A DNA stretch of 64,000 bases from Vitrella brassicaformis CCMP3155 (Eukaryota; Protista; Chromerida), in the NCBI GenBank assembly GCA_001179505.1, contig CDMY01000947.1, positions 1 to 64,000 on the forward strand, given 5' to 3'. Position numbers and translations under genes: made by a program. Of this stretch, positions 40,533 to 53,212 are shown one piece after another. The notes under the pieces were generated by a model, which worked only from the letters and a program-made list of their open reading frames with translations, made no database searches and had not been told where the DNA came from. Position 1 is the stretch's first letter. Every line of letters starts with the position of its first letter.

Positions 40533-41491
40533 GGGAGAGATGGGGTCATGCGGTTTGCCTGTGGGTGGCGTCTGTTGATCAGAGGAGATAGCCGAGAAGA
40601 ACATGGCGACATCGTATGCTGTTATGGTGAGGTAATGAGTGCCGCACATAGGACCGTCTTCCCTCTGAAAGTCGCCTTCTGTCCCGTTCTGCTGTCGCAC
40701 ATACATGTGTCAGGAGTGGCTAACGTTGAAGCCCCCGAATGCCGCGGTGTGGGACGTCATCCCAAAGGAAGGCGCACTGGTGCAGGTAGGTGTGAAGTGA
40801 AGGAAGACACACACGTCACACCACACCACACCACACCACGACACAAGACAACAGAGCAGCACTCGTAGATGCAATGCCGCCGCCCCTGTGTGTCTGCCTG
40901 TCTGTCTATCTGTCTGTATGTGTGTGTGTGTGCAGGCGAGGACGATGAAGGAGACGGTCGGCGATCGGGAGCTGTCCTTCATTCAGCTGACCTCCAGGAT
41001 CGAATATGAACAGGTGTGTGTGTACTGCACCCACACACATCGACGCGCTGCTCACTGCCGTGGGTTCATTGCGGGCTGGGCTTCATTCCATTCCCTAGTA
41101 TGCGGAGTACAAGGGCCTCAAGCGGAAGAAGAGCATCACCATCGGCATGGACGGCGGCAAGGAGGAAGCGGGCGAATGGAAAACGAGGAAAGCCATCGTC
41201 GTCTTCAGCTTCTGCGTAAGAATGAATCCACACACCACACACACAGACCCACCCACCCACCCGATACACACACATCCTCGTATCTTTCAACAGGCAGGAC
41301 ACAAATCTCTCCCTCCCTCTCTCTCTCTCGGCATGTATCTTTCCCTTACTTGTGTTGTTCAGACGGGTGGTCCGAGGATCTTTCGGATCATCTCTGTGAA
41401 GGACTCGTCGGTTGTGCAGGACGAGCAGAGCGAGTTGGAGTGGGCCAAGCAGTGGCTGGATCGCTGGGTGGGGAAGAAGAAACCGTCCTGA
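39908..41491 (+). CDS. Probable mitochondrial protein, possibly Tim44/Mba1/MRPL45-like fold, multi-exon
   Basis: Eight in-phase exons with an Arg-rich leader. Later exons (LSFIQLTSRIEYEQ, AIVVFSFC, RIFRII) loosely resemble the Tim44-like domain. The gene model is firmer than the product call. Confidence 0.6.
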
Positions 41492-41926
41492 CTGACCCAC
41501 TCCATGCCATGTCATGTGTGGCCTGGTGAGTGGGGGGTTGGGTGAATGTCTGACAGAAAGACATGACGTTCGTTATGTGAGTGTGTCGTTAATCCGATCG
41601 ATGTGATGTGTGGGTCATGTGAATGAAATGAATGTGCCGCCGCCGCGAACACACACTGACGCACACGCACCTTTCATTCTATTCGGCCAATGAATCAAAT
41701 CGCATGCACTCGTCCACACAGGACATCCATCGCATCAGGTAGGTAGCCAGGTAGGTGGAAGGAGTCAATCCACTCACTGATTCACTCACTCACTACACCG
41801 GAGCATTGCGTACACACACCATAGCGCATCAATCAATCGTCCCCTACCTTAATACACACACACACACACACACACAACACACACTTCTCACTCACCAGCC
41901 CCTCGACACGACACCTTGCAGCACCG

Positions 41927-44900
41927 CTAGTCGCTAGCCTCCGTCTTGGTCCGCACCACCATCATGCTGCTGCCACCAGCCCCAGGCCCCCCACCAAGCT
42001 GCTCGCTGCTGCTGCTGACGCCCAGCATCTCCCGCACCGGGCGCTTCAGCCTGATGTGCCACGGTAGCCTCAGCTGCCCCTCCAGCTCACGCAGCCACTC
42101 GGCCTCCTCGGCTGACGACAATGCCGCCGAGGGGCCGCGACGGGCACTCAACCGGGATAACACGCTGCCGGGGACATCTTTCTGCACAACAGAAGAACAG
42201 ACGGAGCGATTGATTGCTCTTCGTTCGCCCTCACACCCACACACCCACCTCGCGGATGTGTTTGATGAGCTCCGCCAGAGGCTGCTTGAGGGTGTCGTCA
42301 GGCAGCGTAACGGCCTTGGACTCGAGCAGGGCAGCCACCCCCTCGCTGTCCATCGCCTCCACCCCCTCCCCGTCTGCATGGTCTCCTGTGTCCATGTCCA
42401 TGTCGATGGCGATGCCGCCGTGTGTGGCGGCCTCCTCCTTCTTGGCCTTGACGAAGCAGCGGAGCAGAAAGAAGCGGGAGTTGCTCATGGGCACCTCGGC
42501 GAGCAGCTCGGTGCGCTCATCGGGTGACTCCACCAGACACACCAGGTCTTCGAAGGTGGTGAACGGGGTGAGGGAAGACTGCTTGAGCTGACAGACAGAC
42601 AGACACGTTAGTTAGTCACACACATTGGAATCAATGCGTGATGGATGAATGGAATGCGCCTTGTCTGTGTTGCTCTCGGTCACTCACCTCGTCAAATTTG
42701 TCAGCGAGTCTCTTGAGGTCCGGCTGCGGCTGTGCGCGAAGCAGCTGCAGCACCTGGTCCGTCGTGATGTCCGATACAGCCAGCCGCCGGACCTCTCGCT
42801 GCTCCTGCTGCTCTTGTTGTTGTTGTTGCATCGGCTGTTCGGCCTGGTCGGCCCCACCACCACACGCGGCAGCAGCAGCCCCGGCAGCAGCAGGAGGGGG
42901 CGATGGCGGCGCGAGCGCTCTCGAATCTTGGCGCACTGGGGAGTCGTCAGACGCACCGGCGTGCGCCTCCTCGCTCACTGCAGCTTCATCCTGCGCCTTC
43001 ACCACCGCCTCTTCTCCCACTTCTGCTGCGTCCTCGGCCTTCTCTTCTTGGGCATTGGCCGTTTCCCGACGGTCGTCTCTCGCAGCCGGCGACACACGCT
43101 CGGGTGGGAGATCTGGTGGGGGCATCTTCTGCAATTGCTCCGTGTCAGTCGTTGCCGCCGGCTGCTGTTTGTTGTCGCCATTCTGTGGCTTCGGAGGAGC
43201 GGGGGCTGGTGAGGGGACGGGCTGAGGCTGAGGCTGAGAGGGCACTGGTGGCTGTGCGCCTGGTGGCTCGGCAGAGGGAGCCTTTTGTTGCCGTTGGTAG
43301 GGCTGCTCCTGTGTTAGAGCGGGCAGCGTCTGCATCGGGGTGGGGGTGGGCTGGGGTGCTGCTTTCTTGGGTGGCGGCAGCACGGCACCGCGGTCAGATG
43401 ACTAAGGGATAGAACAACACGCATCCATTCAATCAACACGATGCCTTCATTCCCAGCTCCCTGTGTCGTGTCGTGTCGTGTCGTTTCTTTCTGCCCTCTG
43501 TTTCTTACCCTGGCTTGTGCGGCGGCTAGCGGTGCGAACGGCGGGGAGGATCCTGATACCAGGTGACGGTGGGTGGGACGGACGGGTGGCGGCAGTGGCG
43601 GGGATGGGGATGGCGGGGGTAGTGGGGTCGCCAAGCCGGCAATGGACCTCTGGCGTGCAGTATTCATCGCTGCCTGCCATGCTGCAGCAATTCTTCTGTC
43701 AGCGGCCAGCGAGCGAGCCGTCGGCGCCCCCATCCTCATGTCCCCCATGTGCTGCTGCAGATGAGCCGCCCCGGTGCCGTTTGGTCTCGCCGCAAAAACA
43801 GCAGCCACACCAGGCACACCGGTGGCAGCGGCAGCCGCCGGAGAAGACTGCTCCCTGGCCTCGTCCTCCTCCCACCTCCAGTCATGCTCGTCAAACAGCT
43901 TCTGGTAGCCCGTGATGGCCTGAGCCCTTTCCCGGGCCTCGTTCCGTACCTTGATGGCCTCTTCAAGGGCGGCCCGGACCGGCCTGCCGTTGATGCGCAC
44001 CAGCTTGGTGACGGCCTGCCGGGCGCCGGTGGGCGTGCGGGGCGTGCCTAGGTGGACGTCGAAGGCGTGGAGACGGCGTGTGTCCTTGTGGTAGTACTGG
44101 GTGATGTACAGAGGGGTGGGGGCGCAAAGTTCCCGCAGCTTGACGATGATGGGAAGCGTCGTGGGACGCCGTGCCGCCCACAAAGCGTCCTGCACACACA
44201 CACAAAAGGCATAGGGGAGAGAAGGACAAAGGCAGTAAGGCAATGAAATGGGTGCTGCATCGCATCGCATCGCATCTGTGTCCGTGTGTGTGTTCTGTGT
44301 TCTCTGTTATTGCTCGTGTATGTGTACCGATGGCTCTTTCGCTTCGGCGCTCCGCTCGTCGATGGCATCCCAGCCGTGCTGATCGAGTATGGCCCTATAG
44401 CCCCGCAGCACCGAATAGCCATTCATCTTGGCACCGGCCTGCTTGTTCCGCCAGTTGATGGCCCGCTCAAGGGCGGTCCGCACACCGCACCCACCGATGA
44501 CGAGACACTCCATTGCCGGATTGCCGCTGGTGAAGCCCTGGATGTGGCCGTAGACCGTCCTGGAGATCACCTGGATGCCCAGCTTGCCGGAAGGCAGCGC
44601 TTCCTCCAGGCTCGTCAGGATCGGCTGCAAAGCCTCACAGGGCCAGGGGCGCCGCGGCTGCTTGGGCGCCGCTCTTTTCTTTTTCTGCTTCTGCCGCCCC
44701 TGGCCTTGGTCTGGTGGTCTCTGCACGGCCTCGACATGGAAGGGCAGGTCGGCTGGTCTCGGCTGAATGTGCTGGTAGGGGGGGCGGTGGCTGTGCTGCT
44801 GGGGTGAGGGGTGCTGCTGGGGCGCCGGGGAGGCCGGGGAAGCCATGTCTGAGATGCATTCATCAACCACAGACGAACACACGCACAGCACAATTGCCAG

Positions 44901-46488
44901 CGCTCCTGTCTGGCGCATCCATCCGTGGTGTGAACCGTACCGTTTGTCATGGGAAGCTTCGTGCTAACGGGCATTTGCATGAGAGGGCCGTGAGTCAGCA
45001 CAGGGCTGCTGCTGTTGGCCTGGCCTGCAGTGCACACAACACAACATGGCATGACCAACACGCATTGCATTGCGCCCATCCATCCCATCGCTGGCCTGGC
45101 CGCACGTATCGGATTGACCCAATCAACAAGACAGACCACCAGACACACCCACCCACCTTGAGCGAAGCGTCTCATTTCCTGCTCGCTGCTGTCCATGGGT
45201 CTCTCCGGCAGCGCGCGGGGAGCGGATGCCGCGCTGGCTTGCGGGGGTGGTGCCGTGCCACCGCCTTGCTTCCTGGCCTCATCGGCCTTCCTCTGCCACT
45301 CTATCCTGTGAACAAGCCGCCACCCGTCCAGATAGGCCTTGACCAGTCCAGCAAAGGTGGCTGGTGAGGGTTCGAAGCAGCACCCCGCCACGTGCCAGAA
45401 GCCCCTCGGGTCCCACGCCACCTTCTGCCCCAGGTGCTGGTTCTCAAAGAGCAGCGCAGTGGCCATGCTGTTGAGGGCGTCCCGGCTCAGAGGGGTGTCC
45501 GGGAGTGCCCGTCTGGTGGTGCAGATGCTGGGAACGCCCCGCAAGCCAATCGCCTCCCTAGTGTGATCCCTCGTTGGGGCGCCAGACTGCTGAATGGACC
45601 GCCATACGTCAGCCGCAGTAGTCACTGCAGAACCAGAAATAGAAGCCGCTGCACCGGCAACACCAGCAGCAGGGGCAGCCAAAGCAGGGGCAGAGAGGCC
45701 GGCAGCAGCAGGGGGGTGCGATGACGGGGCGTGTCGGTGCGATGCCATTGCCGCTGGGGGCACAGAAGGGGGGCGATTCAACGGCTGCTGATCCTGCTGT
45801 AAGGGGGGAGGGGCCGAGGGGGCCCGGTTGGGGTGGTGCGAAGCGTGTGAAGCGGCAGCGTGGTGGCCACCGATGGTGCCGGTGCCGGGGTATCGAGGAG
45901 CAAGGGGGTACATTGTGCCCGGTTGGAAAGGGTTGAGTGCAGAGGGATAAGCATACCCCGGTGCAGTATACTGCAGGGCGCCATAGACGGCCGCATGGGA
46001 TGGCGACGCGTATGGGTTGGGGTGGGCCATGGGCAGCTGGTGGGCGTAGGGAGACTGGAAGCCTCGCGCGAGAGGCGAGGATGACTGCAAGGCTGACTGC
46101 AGCTGACTGGCTTGAAACGACAGCGGCGCGATGGCTGCCGGCAAATAAGGGAAGTGTGGCTGCTGCACCTGCTGGGCGACTGGCTGCTGCACCTTGGCGA
46201 TCTCGGCGTGCCTTGCCTTCTTAAGCTGACCCTGCCCTTGACCATTCGCCTGTTGGGCGTCGTAAAGCTGTTACAACAAGTCACACCAGACAGTCTGATC
46301 AATCAATCGAATGATTTATGACGCCACTCGCTTGTCTGTACCGTGATGTGGTCTTGACTCGTCTCGCCCCCCACTTGCTCGTTTGGACGCTTCCTCCCTC
46401 CATTGACAGCAGCGGGGTCAAATTGCGCGGCTGGCGGGCTTACCATTGGCACCGGGCGGCCAGGGGGAACCCGTGTGTGAGGCTCCAT
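41927..46488 (-). CDS. Large protein with three AP2-like domains and C-terminal SAM-like repeats, multi-exon
   Basis: Q/P-rich N-terminus. AP2-like segments: KVAWDPRGFWHV...RIEWQRK, GVRTALERAINWRNKQ and PVRAALEEAIKVRNEA. SAM-like segments: ITTDQVLQLLRAQPQPDLKRLADKFDE and LAELIKHIREKDVPGSVLSRL. Domain calls rest on motif resemblance only. Confidence 0.7.
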
Positions 46489-46577
46489 CGCTCTCCAAAG
46501 GCGAAACACCCACCCCACCTCCGATCGATCGGCAAGGAAGGGATCGACGCAACAAAAAACGGCGCAGGAGCGAGGCG

Positions 46578-48963
46578 ATGAGTAGCTCTGGGGCAGCTGC
46601 GGCGGCTGCGGGGTCGCAGAAGCGCAAGTGGGATGGCAAACAAGGTGACGAAGTTGACTATCTTGCTGCGAGTATCGAGCACAGCCAGCGGGTAACAGAG
46701 GAGCTGCAGACGCTGAGCCGCGGCCTCGTGGACAAGGAGCTTTCGATGGGCGGGACGGGGGGTGCAGCCTCGGTAAGGAGCGCAGACACATAGAAGCCTT
46801 GCAATGTGGATCGGTGCTCTCACTGCTGTGTTTCGTGCGCCCTCCGGCACAGAACGAGTGTATGCGTGATGTGTTGGAGATCAACGTCGCTGGAGAGTTG
46901 ATGCGCGCCCGCCGGTCGGCCCTCTGTGCGGCCAAGGGCAGTGTGCTGGCGGTGATGTTTTGTGGCAAGTTTGACGCTGGCTTCATTAGAGACGATAGCA
47001 ATCGCATCTTCCTGCAGGTCAACCACACGCAGCCATGCGTTGACTTGCAGCTGACACACACAGCCAGCCAGCCAGCCAGACATGACACAATGGTGTGCCG
47101 GTGTTGTTGCAGATCTGGCCGCCCGCCTTCAAGTGGTGAGAGGGGCGGACGAACACTGAGGGGATTGGCGGATGGGGTGTGTGTGTGATCTGATCAGGTT
47201 GGTTGGAGAGCTCATACTGTATTCGGGCGAGCAGGTCGACAATGTGACCCTGACACCCGCCAGACAAACCGATGCGCCATACAAGTGAGGAAGGAAAGGC
47301 CTATTCGCTCGCTATGTGCGTGTGCATGTTTCCGCCATCCTCAGGTACTGGGCCGAGCTACTTCTGTCCGACCCCTCCACGAAGCGGCGCGCCAACGACG
47401 GTGCGGTGGCGGCAGGAGAGAACGACCAGCAGCCCCCCGCACACGACGGCCAGCAGGGAGGGGGACAGCCACAGAGCGATGCTGAGGACCTCTCTGTTGA
47501 GCTGACCAGTATGATCAGGCGGGCCAAGGCGGACAAGGCTGCGCAGGAGGCGAGGCGCGACGCCATCAAACCGCTGCTGAAGACGGGCAATATGGAGGAC
47601 GATACGGTGAGGCGAACACAGAACAGCAGAGGAGTGCAAACTCAATGGTGCGCTCGCTGTCACATCTCTATGTCGTCAGTTGGTGTCGATTGACGTCCTC
47701 GGTCAGAAGATCACCGTGACCAAAGCCGTAGCGAAGTCGCTGGGGGACGATTCGACGTTCGCAAACCGATTCCTCAAGTCCGCCAGTAGCAGCGAGTGGA
47801 ACACACACTTATGGTTGGTTGGCATGTTGCCCTTGTTTGTTCGTTAAGGCATCACACTCTGACCGTGGAAGCGCCTCCGGAGCACGTGCAGAGGGTGGTG
47901 GACATAGTCGCCCGTGCGCACATGACGGGGGCGTCTATCACAGCGGCTGACGTGCAGGGGGCGAGGGGTGACCTGGCCATCAAGGGCTACCAACACGCAC
48001 TCATCATGTCAGAGCGACAAGAACACACAGAGCTGCTCACCACACAGTGCCCCGACGGCTGTTCTCTGTCTGTGTGTTGGTTTGTGTCAGGTACGGCTTG
48101 GATGCTGATCGCTATTTGGGTCCCATTGACGGCCTACTGACCACCGAGCACCTGCACAAGATGCGACAGTGGTGTGAGGGCGAGGAGGACGCCCCGGCTA
48201 TCCCTCCGTGTGTGGGCGAGCCGGTCATCCGCATATACAAGTGAGGAGGGCAGGCCAGACGGTCGTGAGCATGACGGCACTCTCTCACCATCCCTCTGTG
48301 TCTTGATGTGTGTGTGTGTGTTGTGGCAGGGCGACAGTGGATGGGTGGAGGTGGCTGGATTTCTTCGATGCCGTCAAGGGCCACTCCCCACTGCTGCTCA
48401 TCTCCAAGGTGGCCGACAGCAATGAGCTCTTCGCCCTCATCATCGAGGGGCCCATCGAGGTCACCGGGGCGGCCGATAGCGAGCGCAACACGACATCATA
48501 CGCCTTCAAGCTGCGGGGGACAGAAAGCCACGCATATGTGGGCGGCATCGGCTGGAACAGCGGCATGTATATCGCGGGCACACAGGTGGGTACTCATTTC
48601 AACCAGCAACGCAGTCATGGTAATGATCTCTCTATCCGTGTGTGCAGGAGAGAGTCACCGACCTCATCGATTTCTCTTCACCCGCCTCCAATATGACGGC
48701 CGTCCTCTCCGGATCCGCATGCCTCGATTTCGGTGTCCGTCTGGCCGCCCAGATCGGCGCGCCAGCAGCGGCCAGCGATGAGATCATGAAACGGTGCCAG
48801 GGCTTCATGCGGGAGGAGGGGCAGCCCGATGAGTGGCGCCAGTGGGAGCGGCCGAGTGTCAAGCCGAGCGACCGCGGCTGGGACGGTGACGTAGTGTTCC
48901 TGCCTGTGTCTGTGAAGGGGTGGCAGTTTGAGATCGATGAGCTGGAGGCATACAAGCTGGCAT
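46578..48963 (+). CDS. BTB/POZ (KCTD-type) plus TLDc-like domain protein, multi-exon
   Basis: BTB: LEINVAGELMRARRSAL...SVLAVMFCGKFDAGFIRDDSNRIFLQIWPPAFKW. TLDc-like: IYKATVDGWRWLDFFDAVKGHSPLLLI...YAFKL...FEIDELEAYKL*. Confidence 0.85.
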
Positions 48964-50191
48964 GAGGGCGGGGGGGAGGGAGGGAGGGCGGGCTGGCAAG
49001 CGTGACGCATAGATGGAGGCGGGAGGGGGGGAATGAGAGACTGCAGCCAAATACTTCATCTGACAATTGTACATCTACCCGTGTGTCCACGTCGATGAAG
49101 GAATGAATGAATGGATGGATGGATGACTCAAAATCAGTCGACGGACAACCTCATCACATACCTCCTTTGACACTCGTCCTCTGAAGTGCGTCTCTCAGAC
49201 TGCAAGCATGTATTAATCTGCCCGTTCCCCCCTCTCTCGTGCACACGGATACATCCATCCATTCATTGAGTGCCAGATGCACAGCGCCGCAACAAGCACA
49301 CGGTTGTGTGCCCTCTGCAGCATATGCACCCATGACGCCACACGCACAGACATGCACACACACACACCAAGTGAGTCCAGTGAGTGAGATGAGGAGACAC
49401 CTGTAAAGGAGAAAAATCAGGCCCAACGGCGGAGTGAGTTCGAGTAACCTTACTCGGAATGCAACCATTGCAATCATGCACAACGGAGCGAGCGACCTTC
49501 TCAGAGCTAGAGAAGGTCCACTGATGAGGAAGGGGTTAATTACTTCGTAGACAGACAGACAGACAGACACGACAGCACCTTCCTGGTTTGAAAAAGAAGG
49601 CGACACGGAGCAGAGCAGAACACACACACACGGCATCATACGTGCAGAGAATAGCCGCATTTTCAGCAAATGTTAATACGTTTTGCTGAAGGCCATGAAG
49701 ATACACGCACGCACACACACTTAACACACACACGGGGCACACATTGGCATGAGACAGACAGACAGACAGACAGACAGAGAGGCGCATGGACCAACAGACA
49801 AGCACATACGAGAAACATCATGCCCCTGAGAAGACGGGAGAAAAAGAGGCATCGCACGGACCCACACACCACTCCCACCACACCCGTCTCGATAATTGTA
49901 CATGCGCCATAGCAGGCGTACGGGCAAGATCACCCCTTGCTTGGACGCCCGATGCCCGCCATCATCTCTTCGTTCGCGGGCTCCCTTACTTGACTGAAAC
50001 AAGATCCATCAATCCATCTCTCTATGTCGTTGATTGAAGAAAGAATCCCCCCATCCACAGACACACAGATGCGGATGGGTGATTCAAGAAACAAGACACA
50101 CATACACACACACACGTACGCAGAGAGACGGGCAGAGAGAGAGTGAGAGAGAGAAGGAGACCCCTCCATCCCCTCACACCACACCACACCA

Positions 50192-52499
50192 TCACTGGAG
50201 AGCTGCAAACCCATCGGTCACGTCGTCTCCCTTGCTGCGGTGGTGCATCACCCGCCCCAGCAGTGTCGGCCCCCATGGCGTCCCCTCACACTGCTCACCG
50301 ACACCAGCACTACCAGCAGCCGACACAGACGCACCACCCCCACCCACCAGCCCCCGCCCCGTGTCGATCTTGAGCCCGCGGTAGCTCTCGGCGAGGCTGG
50401 CACGGCGCGCCATCTGGGGGCCCTCGACCTCGAGGTCTGCCAGAGGTGTGTCCATCCGGCTGGGCGACGGACGCACTCGGGGAGAGGGGGGAGATGGGGA
50501 GAGGGAGGGTGGGCTCCAGATGGTTGCTGTGTGCTGGCTGTGTGTGATGGTTGAGTAGGGGCAGGGGCATGGGTGGTGCAGCCAGTGGAGGAAGGACGTG
50601 GGCAGGGTGTCCTGCTGGTCCCACACACGCTGCAGCAGCTCCACCGCACCCTCACCAGCACCAACCTGACGAATGACACACATGACGCGAGCGAGCGAAT
50701 GACACACATAGAAAGAGAATGGCTGCCAATCAACCATGACACCCCACCCCACTCACCGCATGATGGTGTGTCGACACTGGTGTGACGGGCGTCCAGGGCT
50801 CCCCCCCGTCAGACGACACCCCCCCAACCGCCCAGCAGTCCTCCTCGTCCCCCCACGCCTTGCTGCTCAGCGAAGGCAGCGGCGACATCGGCTCCACACC
50901 CGTCTGGCTGGGCAGCAGGATCTTGGCTGCACGCGGGGCGTCGAACCGCTTGGACTGCAGGATGAGCCGACCGTGGCGGTCTTCGTACAGCCGCACGGAC
51001 GAAAAGAACGGCTCGGCCGTCAGCACCTGCGACAGCTTCGTGAAGCCGAACGTCGTCGGCTGCAGCATGGCGCGGAAGCTGCGTGAATGGCACAGCGCAA
51101 ACACGAGAAACAGGGGGCAGTGAATGTGTGTGCACCGCATCAGGAATGATCGGTTCTCTCTCTGCCGTACCCCCGCTTGCGCGCTTGTGTGCGTACCGTT
51201 CGAGCAGTCTCTTCTTGAGCTGGGCGAGCACGATGCCGTTCTGCCGCTCATCCAGCACCTTGACCAGCCGGTCGCACCACATCCTCGCCAGCCCCATGCT
51301 CTTGCCCGCACACACAGGCACCCTCTCCGACACAGACACAGTGGGCGACCGGGGCGACATGCACGACGATGCAGTGGGGCTACGGGCACCGTCAATGGAC
51401 GGGCTCAGCCGGCCAAGCAGGACTGGCCCAGCCATTTGTGTGCTTGGAGTTGGGCTGGACGGCCGTGTGGTGGTGGTGGTGATGAGGGTGAATGGGTCCG
51501 GGGAGGCGGGGGGGACCACCGACAGACGGAAGGGGGAGGGCGATGGGCACGGTGATGGGGAGGGGGAGGGGGAGGGAAGCGGCGAAGGGGAGGGGTGGTG
51601 CTTGGCGGGTGTCTTGGTGCGTGGCTTGAAGTCGGCCAGGGCGGCCTTGGTGAGATTGTGGCACGCAGAGGACGGCTGCAGCAGACTGAACACCAGACAG
51701 ACAGACAGACAGAGGAGGCATGAGTGTGAGTTGGCTGGGGGATCGGTGCGTGTGGCAGTGTAGCAGGAACTGAACCTGTTTTCGTATGCGAGGAAGCCGT
51801 ATGAGATGGCGAGTTGGATCATGTGGCAAAGCTGCCCCAGGGAGAGCTCCTTGAGGACCCCCGTGGCGGTCTGCTTGAACTCTGCCGCCATGCCGTAGCG
51901 ACCGCCCTTGAACTGATGGTAACCCAGGTTGTGCCCTACACACACCCATACGCACACAGAGCAGCACGGTGAGCCTGTGTTTGGTGGCGTGTGGTGGCGA
52001 GGGGGGTGCGATGAACTCTCCACTCACTCTTACCTTCTGGCCGTTTGCCGCCCTGTCCATGCTGCATGGGTCGCCTGATCTCGGCGAGGAAGGCCCGCCA
52101 CACCTCCGCAGCGTAAAGGTTTGACGGGTCCTTGGGATCAACCCACGAGCCTTCCCGACCTGCACGCACACACAACATTGCAATGGACGCAAACACAGAG
52201 AGATGTAGATGTAGGCACGCCCCGGCACAGCCACCTACCGGCCAGATATATATATGTGCCCGACTGCCCGGGCTGCTGCTGCGGTGACGCTGACAAGGCT
52301 GAGGGCGACTTGGAGCCCTTGTTGGCCGTCGCGCCACCCACTCGCGACACCTCGTAGCGGTCCAGGGCCGTACAGATGAAGACCAAGTTGTTCACGTGGT
52401 AGGCCGGTGCATGTCGCTCTTGCAAACGGCGCACCACCTGATGGCATAAACACACACACACACACACACACAAACAGGCATTGCACGATGGACGGATAC

Positions 52500-52531
<32 letters not shown>

Positions 52532-52682
52532 CGGGCCTTCCTCTGCTCCTTACCTCGCTGGTTGCGGGCCTGATCTGGTCCCGGTAGAGAGACTCGAGTG
52601 CTTCGTCGAGTATGCGGAGGTCATCGTTGGGCACTGAGGGGCTGCTGGTGGTGGTGGTGCTGGTTGTGCTGGCGGTATGCAT
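50192..52682 (-). CDS. OST-HTH/LOTUS domain protein with OST-HTH-associated (OHA) domain, multi-exon
   Basis: OHA-type FKGGRYGMAAEFK...LSLGQLCHMIQLAISYGFLAY and LOTUS-type LVKVLDERQNGIVLAQLKKRL...FRAMLQPTTFGFTKLSQVL. The start codon is uncertain. Confidence 0.8.
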
Positions 52683-52857
52683 GCCGACAGGCAGGGCGAG
52701 ATAGAAGGGAAGGGAAACAAGGCGGCTGAGTGTGACCTGACTGGGAGCTGGAATGGATGGATATGCGCACTCGGGACGGATGAAGGGAGAGGAAGGGCAG
52801 AATGGCAAAGGAGGTTGCTAGATCAAAGAGGTCAAATCATGACGCAAGCGTCAGCTA

Positions 52858-52864
52858 AGCTCGC
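52858..52864 (-). promoter_or_regulatory. GCGAGCTT motif between the OST-HTH gene and the pseudokinase
   Basis: CTAAGCTCGCAA read directly from the sequence. Confidence 0.45.
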
Positions 52865-53212
52865 AAATGGAGCTGGGGCCTCCACGCCCAATCGAAACGA
52901 CACCGCTCATGAAATTTGTGCAGCAGATGGACGCAGCAGCCCTCCGCCATACCCTTACAACGAAACAGGTAGCCCCACTGCACCTTCAAACCATATAGCC
53001 GCACCGCCAAATCGGATTTTGTCATTTTGCTGCCGTCTCTCCTTCACGATGGATGTCAGGTGGTGCAGACGAATGCAGCGGATGCGAAAGCACATTCCCC
53101 ACTCGGCCGCCATGATGCCATCGACTTCTCCCATTTCAAACGACATTCTGGCCGTCACCAGCCGTCAAGAAGGAAGCTCTCCCGCCTCGACAAGATCCTC
53201 CCTCCCGAGCAC

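Noticed and set aside
49154-49900. Minus-strand ORF 49154-49669 and splice-like signals
   Set aside because: No coherent in-phase exon chain could be built. More likely the 3' UTR of a neighbouring gene.
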